Assembly (NCBI GenBank): GCA_963764715.1
Contig: CAVXTP010000008.1
Coordinates: 32,432 to 96,431, forward strand
Length of the DNA: 64,000 nucleotides
Reading direction: 5' to 3'
Source of the DNA: an uncultured Acidobacteriota bacterium
Lineage (GTDB): Bacteria; Acidobacteriota; Thermoanaerobaculia; UBA5066; Gp7-AA6
The notes beneath the pieces were generated by a model that did not search any database, had not been told where the DNA came from, and was given only the letters and a program-made list of their open reading frames with translations. Every line of letters starts with the position of its first letter. Position 1 is the first letter of the stretch. The position numbers and the translations under genes were made by a program. This document shows positions 38,323 through 47,365 of this stretch, piece after piece.

Positions 38323-39357
38323 TCAGCCCGGCGAGTCGAAGAGGCCGCGCTGGGCGGGGCCGGGCCGCCGGAAGGTGCCGGTCCGGGCGCCGGCCTCGCC
38401 CTTTTCGCGGTTGAAGCCGAGCCGGCGGCACTCGATCTCGAAGAGGCTCTCGATCGCCGCCCACCGCGGTCCGACGCCGTCCATCCGCGCGCCGAAGCGC
38501 GACTCGTTGCTCTTGCCCCCGCGCGTCTGCCGCAGGTTCGACCAGACGCGCGCGGCGCGGTCCGGGAACGCCTCCGCCAGGCGCTCCTCGAAAACCGGCA
38601 GGACTTCGGCCGGCAGGCGCAGGAGGGTCATGAACGCGCTCGCCGCGCCGGCCTCCCGGGCCCGCGCCAGGACGGCCGCGATGTCGCTGTCGTTCAACCC
38701 GGGGATGACCGGCGCGAGCGCCACGCCCGTGCGGATGCCGGCCTCCGAGAGCCGGGCCAGCGTCTCGAAGCGCTGCGACGCCGGGCTCGCGTGGGGCTCG
38801 ATGAGGCGGGCCGTCGCGTCGTCGGCGAACGGGATGCTCACGTAGACCATGGCGTCGGCCTCGCGGGCGAGCCGGGCGAGGACGTCGGCGTCGCGGCGCA
38901 CGAGCGCGCCCTTCGTCACGATGCCGACCGGATTGCGAAACTCCGCGCAGACCTCGAGGCACTTCCGGGTGAGGCCATAGACGGCCTCGAGCGGCTGGTA
39001 GCAATCGGTCACGCCCGAGAAGACGAGCGTCTCACCCGCCCAGGACTTCCGCATCAGCTCCTTGCGCAGGAGCTCCGGCGCGTTCGTCTTGACGACGATC
39101 TTGCGGTCGAAGTCCGTGCCCGCGCCCCAGCCGAGGTACTGGTGGGTCGGGCGTGCATAGCAGTAGGCGCACGCATGGAAGCATCCGCGGTAGGGGTTGA
39201 CGCTGCACCGGAAACCGACGTCGGGGCTGTCGTTCTCGGCGATGATTGATTTCGCCTCTTCCTCGAACACCTCGAGCTCCGCCTCGGGGGGCTCGCCCAG
39301 CCACTCGGCGTGGACGCTGTCCCAGGGGTTCGGAGGGTTGGAAACGCGGCGGGCCAC
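38323..39357 (-). CDS. PA0069/Rv2578c family radical SAM protein
   Basis: N.SPDVGF, NPYRGCFHACAYCYARPTH (CxxxCxxC), TDCYQP.E and APVIPGLND. GTG at 39357. Confidence 0.9.
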   Translation of the reverse strand: MARRVSNPPNPWDSVHAEWLGEPPEAELEVFEEEAKSIIAENDSPDVGFRCSVNPYRGCFHACAYCYARPTHQYLGWGAGTDFDRKIVVKTNAPELLRKELMRKSWAGETLVFSGVTDCYQPLEAVYGLTRKCLEVCAEFRNPVGIVTKGALVRRDADVLARLAREADAMVYVSIPFADDATARLIEPHASPASQRFETLARLSEAGIRTGVALAPVIPGLNDSDIAAVLARAREAGAASAFMTLLRLPAEVLPVFEERLAEAFPDRAARVWSNLRQTRGGKSNESRFGARMDGVGPRWAAIESLFEIECRRLGFNREKGEAGARTGTFRRPGPAQRGLFDSPG

Positions 39358-39362
39358 GGGGG

Positions 39363-40205
39363 TCAGGCGGACTTGGCGGGCCCCGGGTCCTTCGACGCGG
39401 CCCCGGCGAGGCGCGCGAACTGCTTGAGCCCTTCGCCCGTCAGGAAGGGCGCGGCGAAGCGGATGAGGTCGGTGCGCAGGCGCCGGAAGGCCTCGAGGGG
39501 ATCCTTGGACAGGCCGGGATAACGCATCAGGTTTTCGACGCCGAGCCGCTGCATGTAGTCGGGGTGGAGGAGCCGGCGGACGCCGGCGGAGTAGGCCGCG
39601 ATCGCGACACCGGTGCGGACCTGGATCTCGAAGGAGCGGCCCCGCCGGGCGAAGCGCGCCGTCGCCGCCTTCTCCTCGCGAAGGACCTGGCGCTTGAAGC
39701 CGTGGGCCTTCATCACGTCCTCGAGCAGCTGCGAGCCCTCGTCGGCGAGCTCCGCGTCCTTGCGCCGGACCGGAGAGCGTCGCAGGGCCTCCATCAGGGA
39801 GTCGATGCGGCCGCGCAGCTCGTCGCGCGTGGCCCGAAACGCCGCCATGCGGGCCTCGTCCTCGCCCCGGGCGAAGCTCGGGTCCTCGATCGACCAGTGC
39901 ACGAGGTGGCGCGCCCCGGGCCAGCTCGGGCAATCCGCCGCCGCCGAATCGCAGACGGTCACGACCAGTTCGAGGGCGGCGTCCCGGAACTCCTCGGCCG
40001 GCTTCGAGCGGGCCTCGTCGACGTGCACGCCGAGCTCTTCGATCGCCCGCACGGCGAGCGGGTGGACGAACCCGGCGGGACGGGAACCCGCCGACACCGG
40101 ATCGAGCAGGTCGCCGTAGTCGAGCCGGGCGAGGGCCTCGGCCATCTGACTGCGGGCCGCGTTGCCGGTGCAGAGAAAAAGGATGCGCTTACGGTCTTCG
40201 GGCAC
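39363..40205 (-). CDS. arsC: Thioredoxin-type arsenate reductase (LMW-PTP fold) with an extra ~135-aa C-terminal domain
   Basis: LFLCTGNAARSQMAEA, VTVCD....CP and HWSIEDP, then an unrelated tail. GTG at 40205. Confidence 0.8.
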   Translation of the reverse strand: MPEDRKRILFLCTGNAARSQMAEALARLDYGDLLDPVSAGSRPAGFVHPLAVRAIEELGVHVDEARSKPAEEFRDAALELVVTVCDSAAADCPSWPGARHLVHWSIEDPSFARGEDEARMAAFRATRDELRGRIDSLMEALRRSPVRRKDAELADEGSQLLEDVMKAHGFKRQVLREEKAATARFARRGRSFEIQVRTGVAIAAYSAGVRRLLHPDYMQRLGVENLMRYPGLSKDPLEAFRRLRTDLIRFAAPFLTGEGLKQFARLAGAASKDPGPAKSA

Positions 40206-40342
40206 GTCCCTTTCTATATCGCACTCGCTCCCTCCGGTCCCCGGGGGAATCCCCGGTGGAGGGCCGCGCGCGCGTCGCGCGGGCACGACGCGGAGCCCCT
40301 GCCCGTAGCCGAATCGCGCGTTCCGCCCCATAATGGAGCGGC

Positions 40343-42676
40343 TTGAGCGAAGGATCCTTCTGGAAGAGCCGCCTCGCCGGTGAGGCGATCGGGGTCGTGC
40401 TGCTGCTCGCGGGGCTCCTCGCGGCGCTGGCGCTCCTGTCGTACGACCCCCGGGACCCGAACATCTTTTCGTGGACCGCCGGCGGGGAGGCCGCGACCCC
40501 CAATAACTGGATCGGGGGCTTCGGCGCCTCGCTCGGCGCCGCCCTCTACGCCCTCTTCGGCTTCGCCGCGTGGGGGGTGACCGGGCTCGTGTTCGTCCTC
40601 GGCTGGCGCCGGTTCTGGGGCCGGCCGCTGCCCAACCCGGCGTCGAAGGCGGCGGGGATCGGGATCCTCCTCTTCTCGCTGCCGATGCTGATCTCGCTGG
40701 CGCTGGGGCGGCGGCGGATGTTCGGCGAGGAGGCGGAAACCGGCGGGATCGTGGGCCGCGCGCTCGCCGACGCGTTCCGCGGCCGGATCGGGACGACCGG
40801 GGCCGTTCTCGTCGCGGGGACCCTGGTCCTGCTCGCCGTGCCGCTCGCGACGCAGGTCTCCCTCGGGGACGTGTTCCTCCGGCTCCGGGTCCGCTTCGCG
40901 AGCCTCCTCTCGCGCCTGACCGTGGGCTGGGCGCGGCGGCGCGACCGCCGCACCAAGGAACGCCTGCGGCGGACCGTCGTGACGAAGCATCTCGAGAAGG
41001 CGCGCCACGGGGAGATCTCGCTCGACGAGATCCCGTTCGCCGTGGACGAGGCGCCGCCGATCGTCCGCGAGCTGCCGGGGCCGGGCAAGTTCTCGATCAA
41101 GAAGACGACGGCTGCCGCGCCGCCGAAGTCGAAGCCGGCTTCCGCGGCGCCGAAGAAGAAGCCCGACGCGCAGCAGAGCCTGCCGCTGACGGTCGCCGGC
41201 TACACCTATCCGCCGGTGTCGCTCCTCGAGAAGCGCGAGCAGTCGACGGCGATCGACCGCAAGGCCCTCGCCGAGACCGGCCGCCAGATCGCGGCCAAGT
41301 GCGCGGAGTTCGACGTCGAAGGCGAGGTGGCCGAGTACCACCCCGGCCCCGTCGTCACGACCTACGAGTTCCGGCCGGCGGCCGGGATCAAGGTCAACCA
41401 GGTCATGGGCCTGTCCGAAGACCTCGCGCTCGCCCTCTCGGCCGAGTCGATCCGGGTCGAGCGCCTCCCGGGCCGGGCGAGCGTCGGCATCGAGGTCCCC
41501 AACCCGGGCGGCGGCGAGATCATCGCGATCCGCGACATCGTCGAGTCCGAGCGCTTCCAGGGCTCGCGCTCGCTTTTGACGCTCGCCCTCGGCAAGGACA
41601 TCCACGGCGAGCCCGTGATCGACGACCTGCGCGCCATGCCCCACCTGCTGATCGCGGGCACGACCGGGTCCGGCAAGAGCGTGGGGATCAACGCGCTGAT
41701 CACCTCGATCCTCTACAAGGCGCGCCCCGACCAGGTGAAGCTCATCCTCATCGACCCCAAGATGGTCGAGCTCGAGATGTACGAGAACCTCCCGCACCTG
41801 GCGACCCCGATCATCACGGACCCGAAAAAGGCCGCGAACGCCCTGAAGTGGGCGGTCGCCACGATGGAGGAGCGCTTTCAGACGCTCTCCGACTTCGGCC
41901 AGGTCCGCAACGCCGAGCAGTACAACGCGGCCATCCAGGATCCCGAGGCGGTGGCCCGCGTCCGCGCCCAGCATCCCGAGGACCCGGACCTGAAGCTCGA
42001 ACCGATGCCCCTGATCGTCATCGTCATCGACGAGCTCGCCGACCTGATGATGACGTCGGCCAAGGACGTCGAGGAGGCGATCGTGCGGATCGCCCAGAAG
42101 GCGCGCGCGGTCGGCATCCACCTCGTGGTCGCGACGCAGCGGCCGTCGGTCGACGTCCTCACGGGCGTCATCAAGGCGAACCTCCCGTCGCGCATCGCGT
42201 TCAAGGTGTCGTCCAAGATCGACTCCCGCGTCATCCTCGACGGCAACGGCGCGGAGCGGCTCCTCGGCCGGGGCGACATGCTCTACCTGCCGCCCGGGAC
42301 CTCGCGGTTGAAGCGCGTCCACGGCGCCTTCGTTTCGGTCCAGGAGACGGCGGCCCTGATGAAGTTCCTCCGGAAGCAGGCCAAGCCGCTCTTCGACGAG
42401 GAGATCACGAAGGACCGCGCCGAGGCCGTGCAGCGCGACGACGCCGGGGACGAGACGGACCCGCTCTACGACGACGCGGCCCGCCTCGTCGTGCGCGAGA
42501 AGATGGCCTCGATTTCGTTTCTCCAGCGGCGCATGGGCGTCGGGTTCTCGCGCGCCGGCAAGCTCATCGACATGATGGCGCGCGACGGGCTGCTCGGCCC
42601 GCCGCGCGGATCCAAGCCCCGCGAGGTGCTCGTCGGGCAGGACTATTTCGAGGAAGTCGACCGGCAGCCGCGATGA
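40343..42676 (+). CDS. ftsK: DNA translocase FtsK
   Basis: N-terminal TMs, GPVVT.YE, PHLLIAGTTGSGKS, IDELADLM, ATQRPSVDV and gamma-domain LQRR. Confidence 0.96.
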   Translation: MSEGSFWKSRLAGEAIGVVLLLAGLLAALALLSYDPRDPNIFSWTAGGEAATPNNWIGGFGASLGAALYALFGFAAWGVTGLVFVLGWRRFWGRPLPNPASKAAGIGILLFSLPMLISLALGRRRMFGEEAETGGIVGRALADAFRGRIGTTGAVLVAGTLVLLAVPLATQVSLGDVFLRLRVRFASLLSRLTVGWARRRDRRTKERLRRTVVTKHLEKARHGEISLDEIPFAVDEAPPIVRELPGPGKFSIKKTTAAAPPKSKPASAAPKKKPDAQQSLPLTVAGYTYPPVSLLEKREQSTAIDRKALAETGRQIAAKCAEFDVEGEVAEYHPGPVVTTYEFRPAAGIKVNQVMGLSEDLALALSAESIRVERLPGRASVGIEVPNPGGGEIIAIRDIVESERFQGSRSLLTLALGKDIHGEPVIDDLRAMPHLLIAGTTGSGKSVGINALITSILYKARPDQVKLILIDPKMVELEMYENLPHLATPIITDPKKAANALKWAVATMEERFQTLSDFGQVRNAEQYNAAIQDPEAVARVRAQHPEDPDLKLEPMPLIVIVIDELADLMMTSAKDVEEAIVRIAQKARAVGIHLVVATQRPSVDVLTGVIKANLPSRIAFKVSSKIDSRVILDGNGAERLLGRGDMLYLPPGTSRLKRVHGAFVSVQETAALMKFLRKQAKPLFDEEITKDRAEAVQRDDAGDETDPLYDDAARLVVREKMASISFLQRRMGVGFSRAGKLIDMMARDGLLGPPRGSKPREVLVGQDYFEEVDRQPR

Positions 42677-43056
42677 GCCGCCCGATGCGCTACCTCGTCC
42701 TGGCGGTGCTGGCGGCGCCGGCCCTGGCCTACTTCATCTACCGGCTCGCCAGGGGACTGGGTTTCCTGGATCCTCCGTGGAACAAGGAGCACGAGGAGCG
42801 GAGGACGATCGTCGTCGCGCTCTTCGCGTTCGTTCTCTTCTTCTCCATTTTCCTCTTCGGCTACGCGAACTCCTGGCCCCGGGTCTGGGCGGTCTTCGGA
42901 GTGATCAACGGGCTGGCGCTGGCGATCTTCGCCGGGGCGGGGGCCCTGGCGGCCCGGCGGCTCTGGAAGCTGCGTCACCCGGCGCCCGAGCCTCTCGGCA
43001 CGCCGCCGTCCGGCACGCTCGAAGAGGAAGATCCGTCCGAGAAGCCCCTGGCCTGA
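42673..43056 (+). CDS. Small three-TM hypothetical protein
   Basis: ATG overlaps the ftsK stop. Three hydrophobic helices. Confidence 0.7.
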   Translation: MSRPMRYLVLAVLAAPALAYFIYRLARGLGFLDPPWNKEHEERRTIVVALFAFVLFFSIFLFGYANSWPRVWAVFGVINGLALAIFAGAGALAARRLWKLRHPAPEPLGTPPSGTLEEEDPSEKPLA

Positions 43057-43090
43057 CGCGGGCACAGCGCCTGCGCCGGACGAGCGCCCC

Positions 43091-44047
43091 ATGATCGACG
43101 ATCCGCGGCCCGCGACCGTTTTCTTCGGCACGCCCGAGTTCGCCGTGCCCTCGCTCGAGGCCCTGCTCGACGCGGGCGTCCCCGTGCCGCTCGTCGTGAC
43201 GCAGCCCGACCGGCCGGTCGGACGGCACGCCGCGCCGCAGCCGTCGCCCGTCGCGGCGCTCGCCGCGGCCCGGGGGATCCCGACGGAGAAGCCGGCGTCG
43301 CTGCGGGGCAACGCGGACTTTCTGGCCCGGATCGCCGCCGCGGGCCCCGGCGCGATCGCCGTCGTCGCGTACGGAAAGATCTTTCCGCCCGAGCTGCTGC
43401 GGCTGCCCCGCCTCGGCTGCGTGAACGTGCACGCTTCGCTCCTGCCGCGCTGGCGCGGGGCCTCGCCGGTCCAGGCGGCCATTCTCGCGGGCGATGCGGA
43501 GACCGGGGTCGCGACCATGCGCATGGAGGAGGGGCTCGACACGGGGCCGGTGTACCTCGAGCGGCGGGTGAAAATCGGCGCGCGCGAGACGGCGGGCGAG
43601 CTTTCCGCGCGGCTCGCGGTCCTCGGCGGCGCGCTCCTGGTCGAGACGCTGTCGGGGCTCGCCGCCGGGACGCTCGCACCGAGGCCCCAGGCGGGGGAGC
43701 CGACGGTCTGCCGGCCGATCCGCCGCGAGGACGCGCTCGTCGACTGGGAGCGCCCGGCCGACGAGATCCTGCGAAGGCTCCGGGCGTTCGCGCCCTGGCC
43801 CGGGCTCTACACGTTTCTCGCGGGTGAGCGCATCAAGATCCTCGAGGCGGAGCCCGGCCCGTCCGGCGGCGGCGCGGCGCCCGGCACCTTCGAGCTCTCC
43901 GCGGGAGATCTCGTCGTCGCGGCGGGTGGCGGCTCGGCCCTGCGGCTCCGGCGCCTCCAGCGGGCGGGGCGCCGTCCGGTGACCGGCCCCGAGTTCGCGC
44001 GGGCCGCGCGCCTTCCCGGGCGCTTCGGCGTCGGATCGTCCGGGTGA
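43091..44047 (+). CDS. fmt: Methionyl-tRNA formyltransferase
   Basis: FFGTPEFA, TQPDRP, NVHASLLPRWRGASP and GLDTGP motifs. Confidence 0.96.
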   Translation: MIDDPRPATVFFGTPEFAVPSLEALLDAGVPVPLVVTQPDRPVGRHAAPQPSPVAALAAARGIPTEKPASLRGNADFLARIAAAGPGAIAVVAYGKIFPPELLRLPRLGCVNVHASLLPRWRGASPVQAAILAGDAETGVATMRMEEGLDTGPVYLERRVKIGARETAGELSARLAVLGGALLVETLSGLAAGTLAPRPQAGEPTVCRPIRREDALVDWERPADEILRRLRAFAPWPGLYTFLAGERIKILEAEPGPSGGGAAPGTFELSAGDLVVAAGGGSALRLRRLQRAGRRPVTGPEFARAARLPGRFGVGSSG

Positions 44048-45384
44048 AGGGAAAGCGGCGCACCGGGCCGACGGCGCGGACCCGGGCGGTCGAGGCGTTG
44101 CGGAAGGTGCTCGGCGGCGGCCGCCTCGCGGCGCCGCTCGTCGGAGAGCTTTCCCGGGGGCTCTCGCCGGCCGACGCCGATCTGCTCCGCGAGCTCGTGC
44201 TCGGAGTCCTGCGGTGGAAGACGTCGCTCGACACGGAGATCGCGGCGGTTTCCCGCATCCCGCTGCCGAAGCTCGCCCCGAATCTGCTCGAGATCCTCGA
44301 GGTCGGCCTCTACCAGGTCCGGCACCTCGACCGCGTTCCGCCGTACGCGGCCGTCAGCGAGGCGGTCGAGCACGCGCGCGCGAGCGGCGGCGAGGGCGCG
44401 GGCAAGCTCGTCAACGGCGTCCTGCGGGGGATCCTGCTCCTGCCGCCGCCCGCGCTCCCGGACCGCGGGAAGGCGGCCGACCTCGCGCGTCACTTTTCCC
44501 ATCCGCGCTTCCTCGTCGAGCGATGGATCGAGCGTTTCGGAGAAGACACGGCGCGGCGGGTGCTCGCGGCCGACAACGCGTCGCCGTCGATCGATCTCCT
44601 CGTCAATCCCCGCCACGGCACGCGGGATACCCTGCGCGCGGCGCTCGCGGCCGACGGCATCGCGACGGAGCTCTCGCCGCTCGCGCCGCTCGCGCTGACC
44701 GTGACGTCCGGGCGGCTTGTGCGCTCGCCGCTTCTCTCGGCCGGCGCCTTCAGCGTGCAGGACATCGGCGGGCAGGTGCTTCCTCTCCTGCTGCCCGAAG
44801 GGGACCTCCTCGTCGACCTCGCGGCGGCCCCCGGCGGCAAGTCGCTCTCGGCGCTGGCCCACGGACGCGCCCGCCGAAGCGTGGCGCTCGACGGGTCTCT
44901 CGCGCGCCTGACGCGCGTTGCCGGGAACGCGCGCCGGCTCGGCGCGGCCATGCGGCCCGTCGCGGCCGATCTCGCCGCCCTGCCGCTGGCGCCGGGGTCC
45001 TTCGACCGCGTGCTGCTCGATGCGCCCTGCAGCGGCACCGGGACGCTGCGAAAGAACCCGGAGATCCGCTACCGGGTGAGCCCGGACGCGATCGAGCGCC
45101 TGGCGAAGGCCCAGGCGGCGCAGCTTTCGGCGGCGGCGGCGCTCCTTTCGCCCGGAGGATTCCTCCTGTACTCGACCTGCAGCCTGGAGCTCGAGGAGAA
45201 CGAGCGCGTCGTGGAGCGAGTCTGCGCCTCGACGCCGGGCCTCTCGCCGGCGGCGATCGCGGCGCCTCCGGCGCTCTCGCCTTTCGTCGACGGCGCGCGC
45301 TTCCGTCTCTTCCCCGACGAGCGAGTCGACGGGTTCACGGCGCACCTCCTCCGCCGGGAGGCGGCCGGGACCCGTGATCCGTAA
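44044..45384 (+). CDS. rsmB: 16S rRNA m5C967 methyltransferase (Sun)
   Basis: NusB-like N-terminus, AAPGGK, DAPCSGTG and YSTCS. Follows fmt. Confidence 0.9.
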   Translation: MKGKRRTGPTARTRAVEALRKVLGGGRLAAPLVGELSRGLSPADADLLRELVLGVLRWKTSLDTEIAAVSRIPLPKLAPNLLEILEVGLYQVRHLDRVPPYAAVSEAVEHARASGGEGAGKLVNGVLRGILLLPPPALPDRGKAADLARHFSHPRFLVERWIERFGEDTARRVLAADNASPSIDLLVNPRHGTRDTLRAALAADGIATELSPLAPLALTVTSGRLVRSPLLSAGAFSVQDIGGQVLPLLLPEGDLLVDLAAAPGGKSLSALAHGRARRSVALDGSLARLTRVAGNARRLGAAMRPVAADLAALPLAPGSFDRVLLDAPCSGTGTLRKNPEIRYRVSPDAIERLAKAQAAQLSAAAALLSPGGFLLYSTCSLELEENERVVERVCASTPGLSPAAIAAPPALSPFVDGARFRLFPDERVDGFTAHLLRREAAGTRDP

Positions 45385-45557
45385 ACCGCTCGTGGCTGGG
45401 TGGCCCGCTCCGGTCGCGATCGTTCTGTGGCTGGGCGCCGCGGTCCCGGCGGCCCCCGCGGCGGATTGCCCGTCGCGCGCGCCCGCGGACCCGACGGCCA
45501 TTCGCGGCGTCGTCGTGATCGCGGGAGAGGACGATCCGGCGCTCTCCCCGCGCGGGC

Positions 45558-46124
45558 TCAGAGCTCCGGCGGCAGGTCCGCCGGCGGGGTCTTCGACGGG
45601 CGCGGTTTCGACGAGGCGGGCTCGTAGACCAGGTGGATCGTGATGAAGGTCCCGCGCTCGCCGTCGATCCGCGTCGTCACGCGCAACTGGGACCGGTCCG
45701 CGGCGATCGCGAGGGTCGTGAGCCAGTTGGGCCCCTGCACGGATTTCGACGAGATCTCGACGTGACCGTCCTTCCACACGGCGCTGACCTTGCGCTTGCC
45801 TCCGGAGGAGCGCGTTTCCTCGACCTTCCGGCCGTCGGTGAAGACGACGCGGGTCCGTCCGGCGGCGTCGGTGATCGCGAGCCGGGGCTCGCGGTGCTCG
45901 ATCATCAGGGTCTCGAAGCCCTCGAAGAGGTCCGCCTCCGGGCTCTCGGGCGCGCCGCGCCCCGGCCCGCCCTGGCCTCGCAGCGACCGCGACGGGTTGT
46001 CGCTGAGCTCCACGTTCAGCTCCCACTTTCCCGAGAGGTCCGGGTAGTCGAGGGCCGCCAGGGGAAGCGCCGCGCCGGCGGCGGCCAGGGCGAGACACGC
46101 GGCTCGATGAAGGGCGAACGACAT
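45558..46124 (-). CDS. Exported hypothetical beta-rich protein
   Basis: GAGGAG RBS, signal peptide, and PDLSGKWELN..LSD motif. Confidence 0.7.
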   Translation of the reverse strand: MSFALHRAACLALAAAGAALPLAALDYPDLSGKWELNVELSDNPSRSLRGQGGPGRGAPESPEADLFEGFETLMIEHREPRLAITDAAGRTRVVFTDGRKVEETRSSGGKRKVSAVWKDGHVEISSKSVQGPNWLTTLAIAADRSQLRVTTRIDGERGTFITIHLVYEPASSKPRPSKTPPADLPPEL

Positions 46125-46201
46125 TCCGTCTCCTCGTCCTCAATGCAACGCGGCGGAGGCCCCGCCCATTGCGTCCTGCGGCAAGAACTACAATCGCGCC
46201 G

Positions 46202-47332
46202 ATGAGTCCAGCGTCCGGGCCGCCCGTGCCGATCCTCGACCTGACCCGGTATGACGAGGACCTGAAGGCGGAAATCGGGCGGCGGGTCGCGGAAGTCTTC
46301 GCCGGCGGCCGGTTCGTGCTCGGCCCGGCCAACGCGGCGTTCGAGGCGAGCCTGCGGGCGATGCTCGGCGTCCGGCATGTGCTCGGCGTCTCCTCGGGCA
46401 CGGACGCGCTGCTCGTCGCGCTGATGGCGCTCGGCGTGGGCCCCGGGGACGAGGTCGTCACCTCGCCGTTCAGCTTCTTCGCGTCGGCGGGGGTCGTCGC
46501 GCGCCTGGGCGCCCGGCCCGTCTTCGTCGACATCGACGCGGCGACCTTCAACCTCGATCCGGCCGGCCTCGAAGCCGCGCTCACGCCCCGCACGAAGGCG
46601 ATCCAGCCCGTGCACCTCTACGGGCAGTGCGCCGACATGGACCCCATCCTCGAGATCGCCCGGCGGCGGGGCGTCCCCGTCCTCGAGGACGCCTGCCAGG
46701 CGATCGGAGCCCGCTACCGCGGCCGGGTCGCCGGCTCGCTCGCGACGCTCGCCGCATTCTCCTTCTACCCGACGAAGAACCTCGGCGCCGCGGGGGACGC
46801 GGGCGCGGTCGCGACCGACGACGACGATCTCGCGGCGCTCGTCCGGAGCCTGCGCGTCCACGGCTCGACGACGACCTACTTCCACGACCGCGTGGGCGGC
46901 AACTTCCGGATGGACGCGCTCCAGGCCGCGGTGCTCTCGGCCAAGCTGCCGCGCCTCCCGGGCTGGACCGAGCGCCGCCGCGCGATCGCCCGCCGATACG
47001 ACGGGCTCTTCGCCGAGGCGGCGCGCGCGGGCCGGATCCGAACGCCGGTCGAGGCCGAGGGCCGCGTCCACGTCTACCACCAGTACGTGGTGCGGGTCCC
47101 GGACCGCGACGGCGTCAAGGCCCGCCTGGCCGAGCGCGGAATCGGGGCGTCGGTCTTCTATCCCGTGCCGCTCCACCGTCAGACCTGCTTCGCGGCGCTC
47201 GGCGGGCGCGAAGGCGACTTTCCGGAAGCGGAGAAAGCCGCCCGCGAGGTCCTCGCGCTTCCGATGTTCGCCGAGCTCACCGACGGCGAAGCGGACCGGG
47301 TCGCGGGCGCCGTTCTCGAGTCGCTGGGCTAG
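46202..47332 (+). CDS. DegT/DnrJ/EryC1/StrS sugar aminotransferase
   Basis: SSGTDAL, VHLYGQ, EDACQA and SFYPTKNLG motifs. Confidence 0.93.
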   Translation: MSPASGPPVPILDLTRYDEDLKAEIGRRVAEVFAGGRFVLGPANAAFEASLRAMLGVRHVLGVSSGTDALLVALMALGVGPGDEVVTSPFSFFASAGVVARLGARPVFVDIDAATFNLDPAGLEAALTPRTKAIQPVHLYGQCADMDPILEIARRRGVPVLEDACQAIGARYRGRVAGSLATLAAFSFYPTKNLGAAGDAGAVATDDDDLAALVRSLRVHGSTTTYFHDRVGGNFRMDALQAAVLSAKLPRLPGWTERRRAIARRYDGLFAEAARAGRIRTPVEAEGRVHVYHQYVVRVPDRDGVKARLAERGIGASVFYPVPLHRQTCFAALGGREGDFPEAEKAAREVLALPMFAELTDGEADRVAGAVLESLG

Positions 47333-47365
47333 GTCCGAAGCGCCGAAGTCCCGGCCGGCGTTCCG

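Noticed and set aside
28703-39357. Complete AmmeMemoRadiSam system formed by amrB and the radical SAM gene at 38323
   Set aside because: The radical SAM protein is PA0069-type rather than AmrS, lies about 9 kb away, and no AMMECR1 gene is present.
40230-40263. Hairpin between divergent arsC and ftsK
   Set aside because: A GC-rich stem plausible by chance, with no second copy and no U tract.
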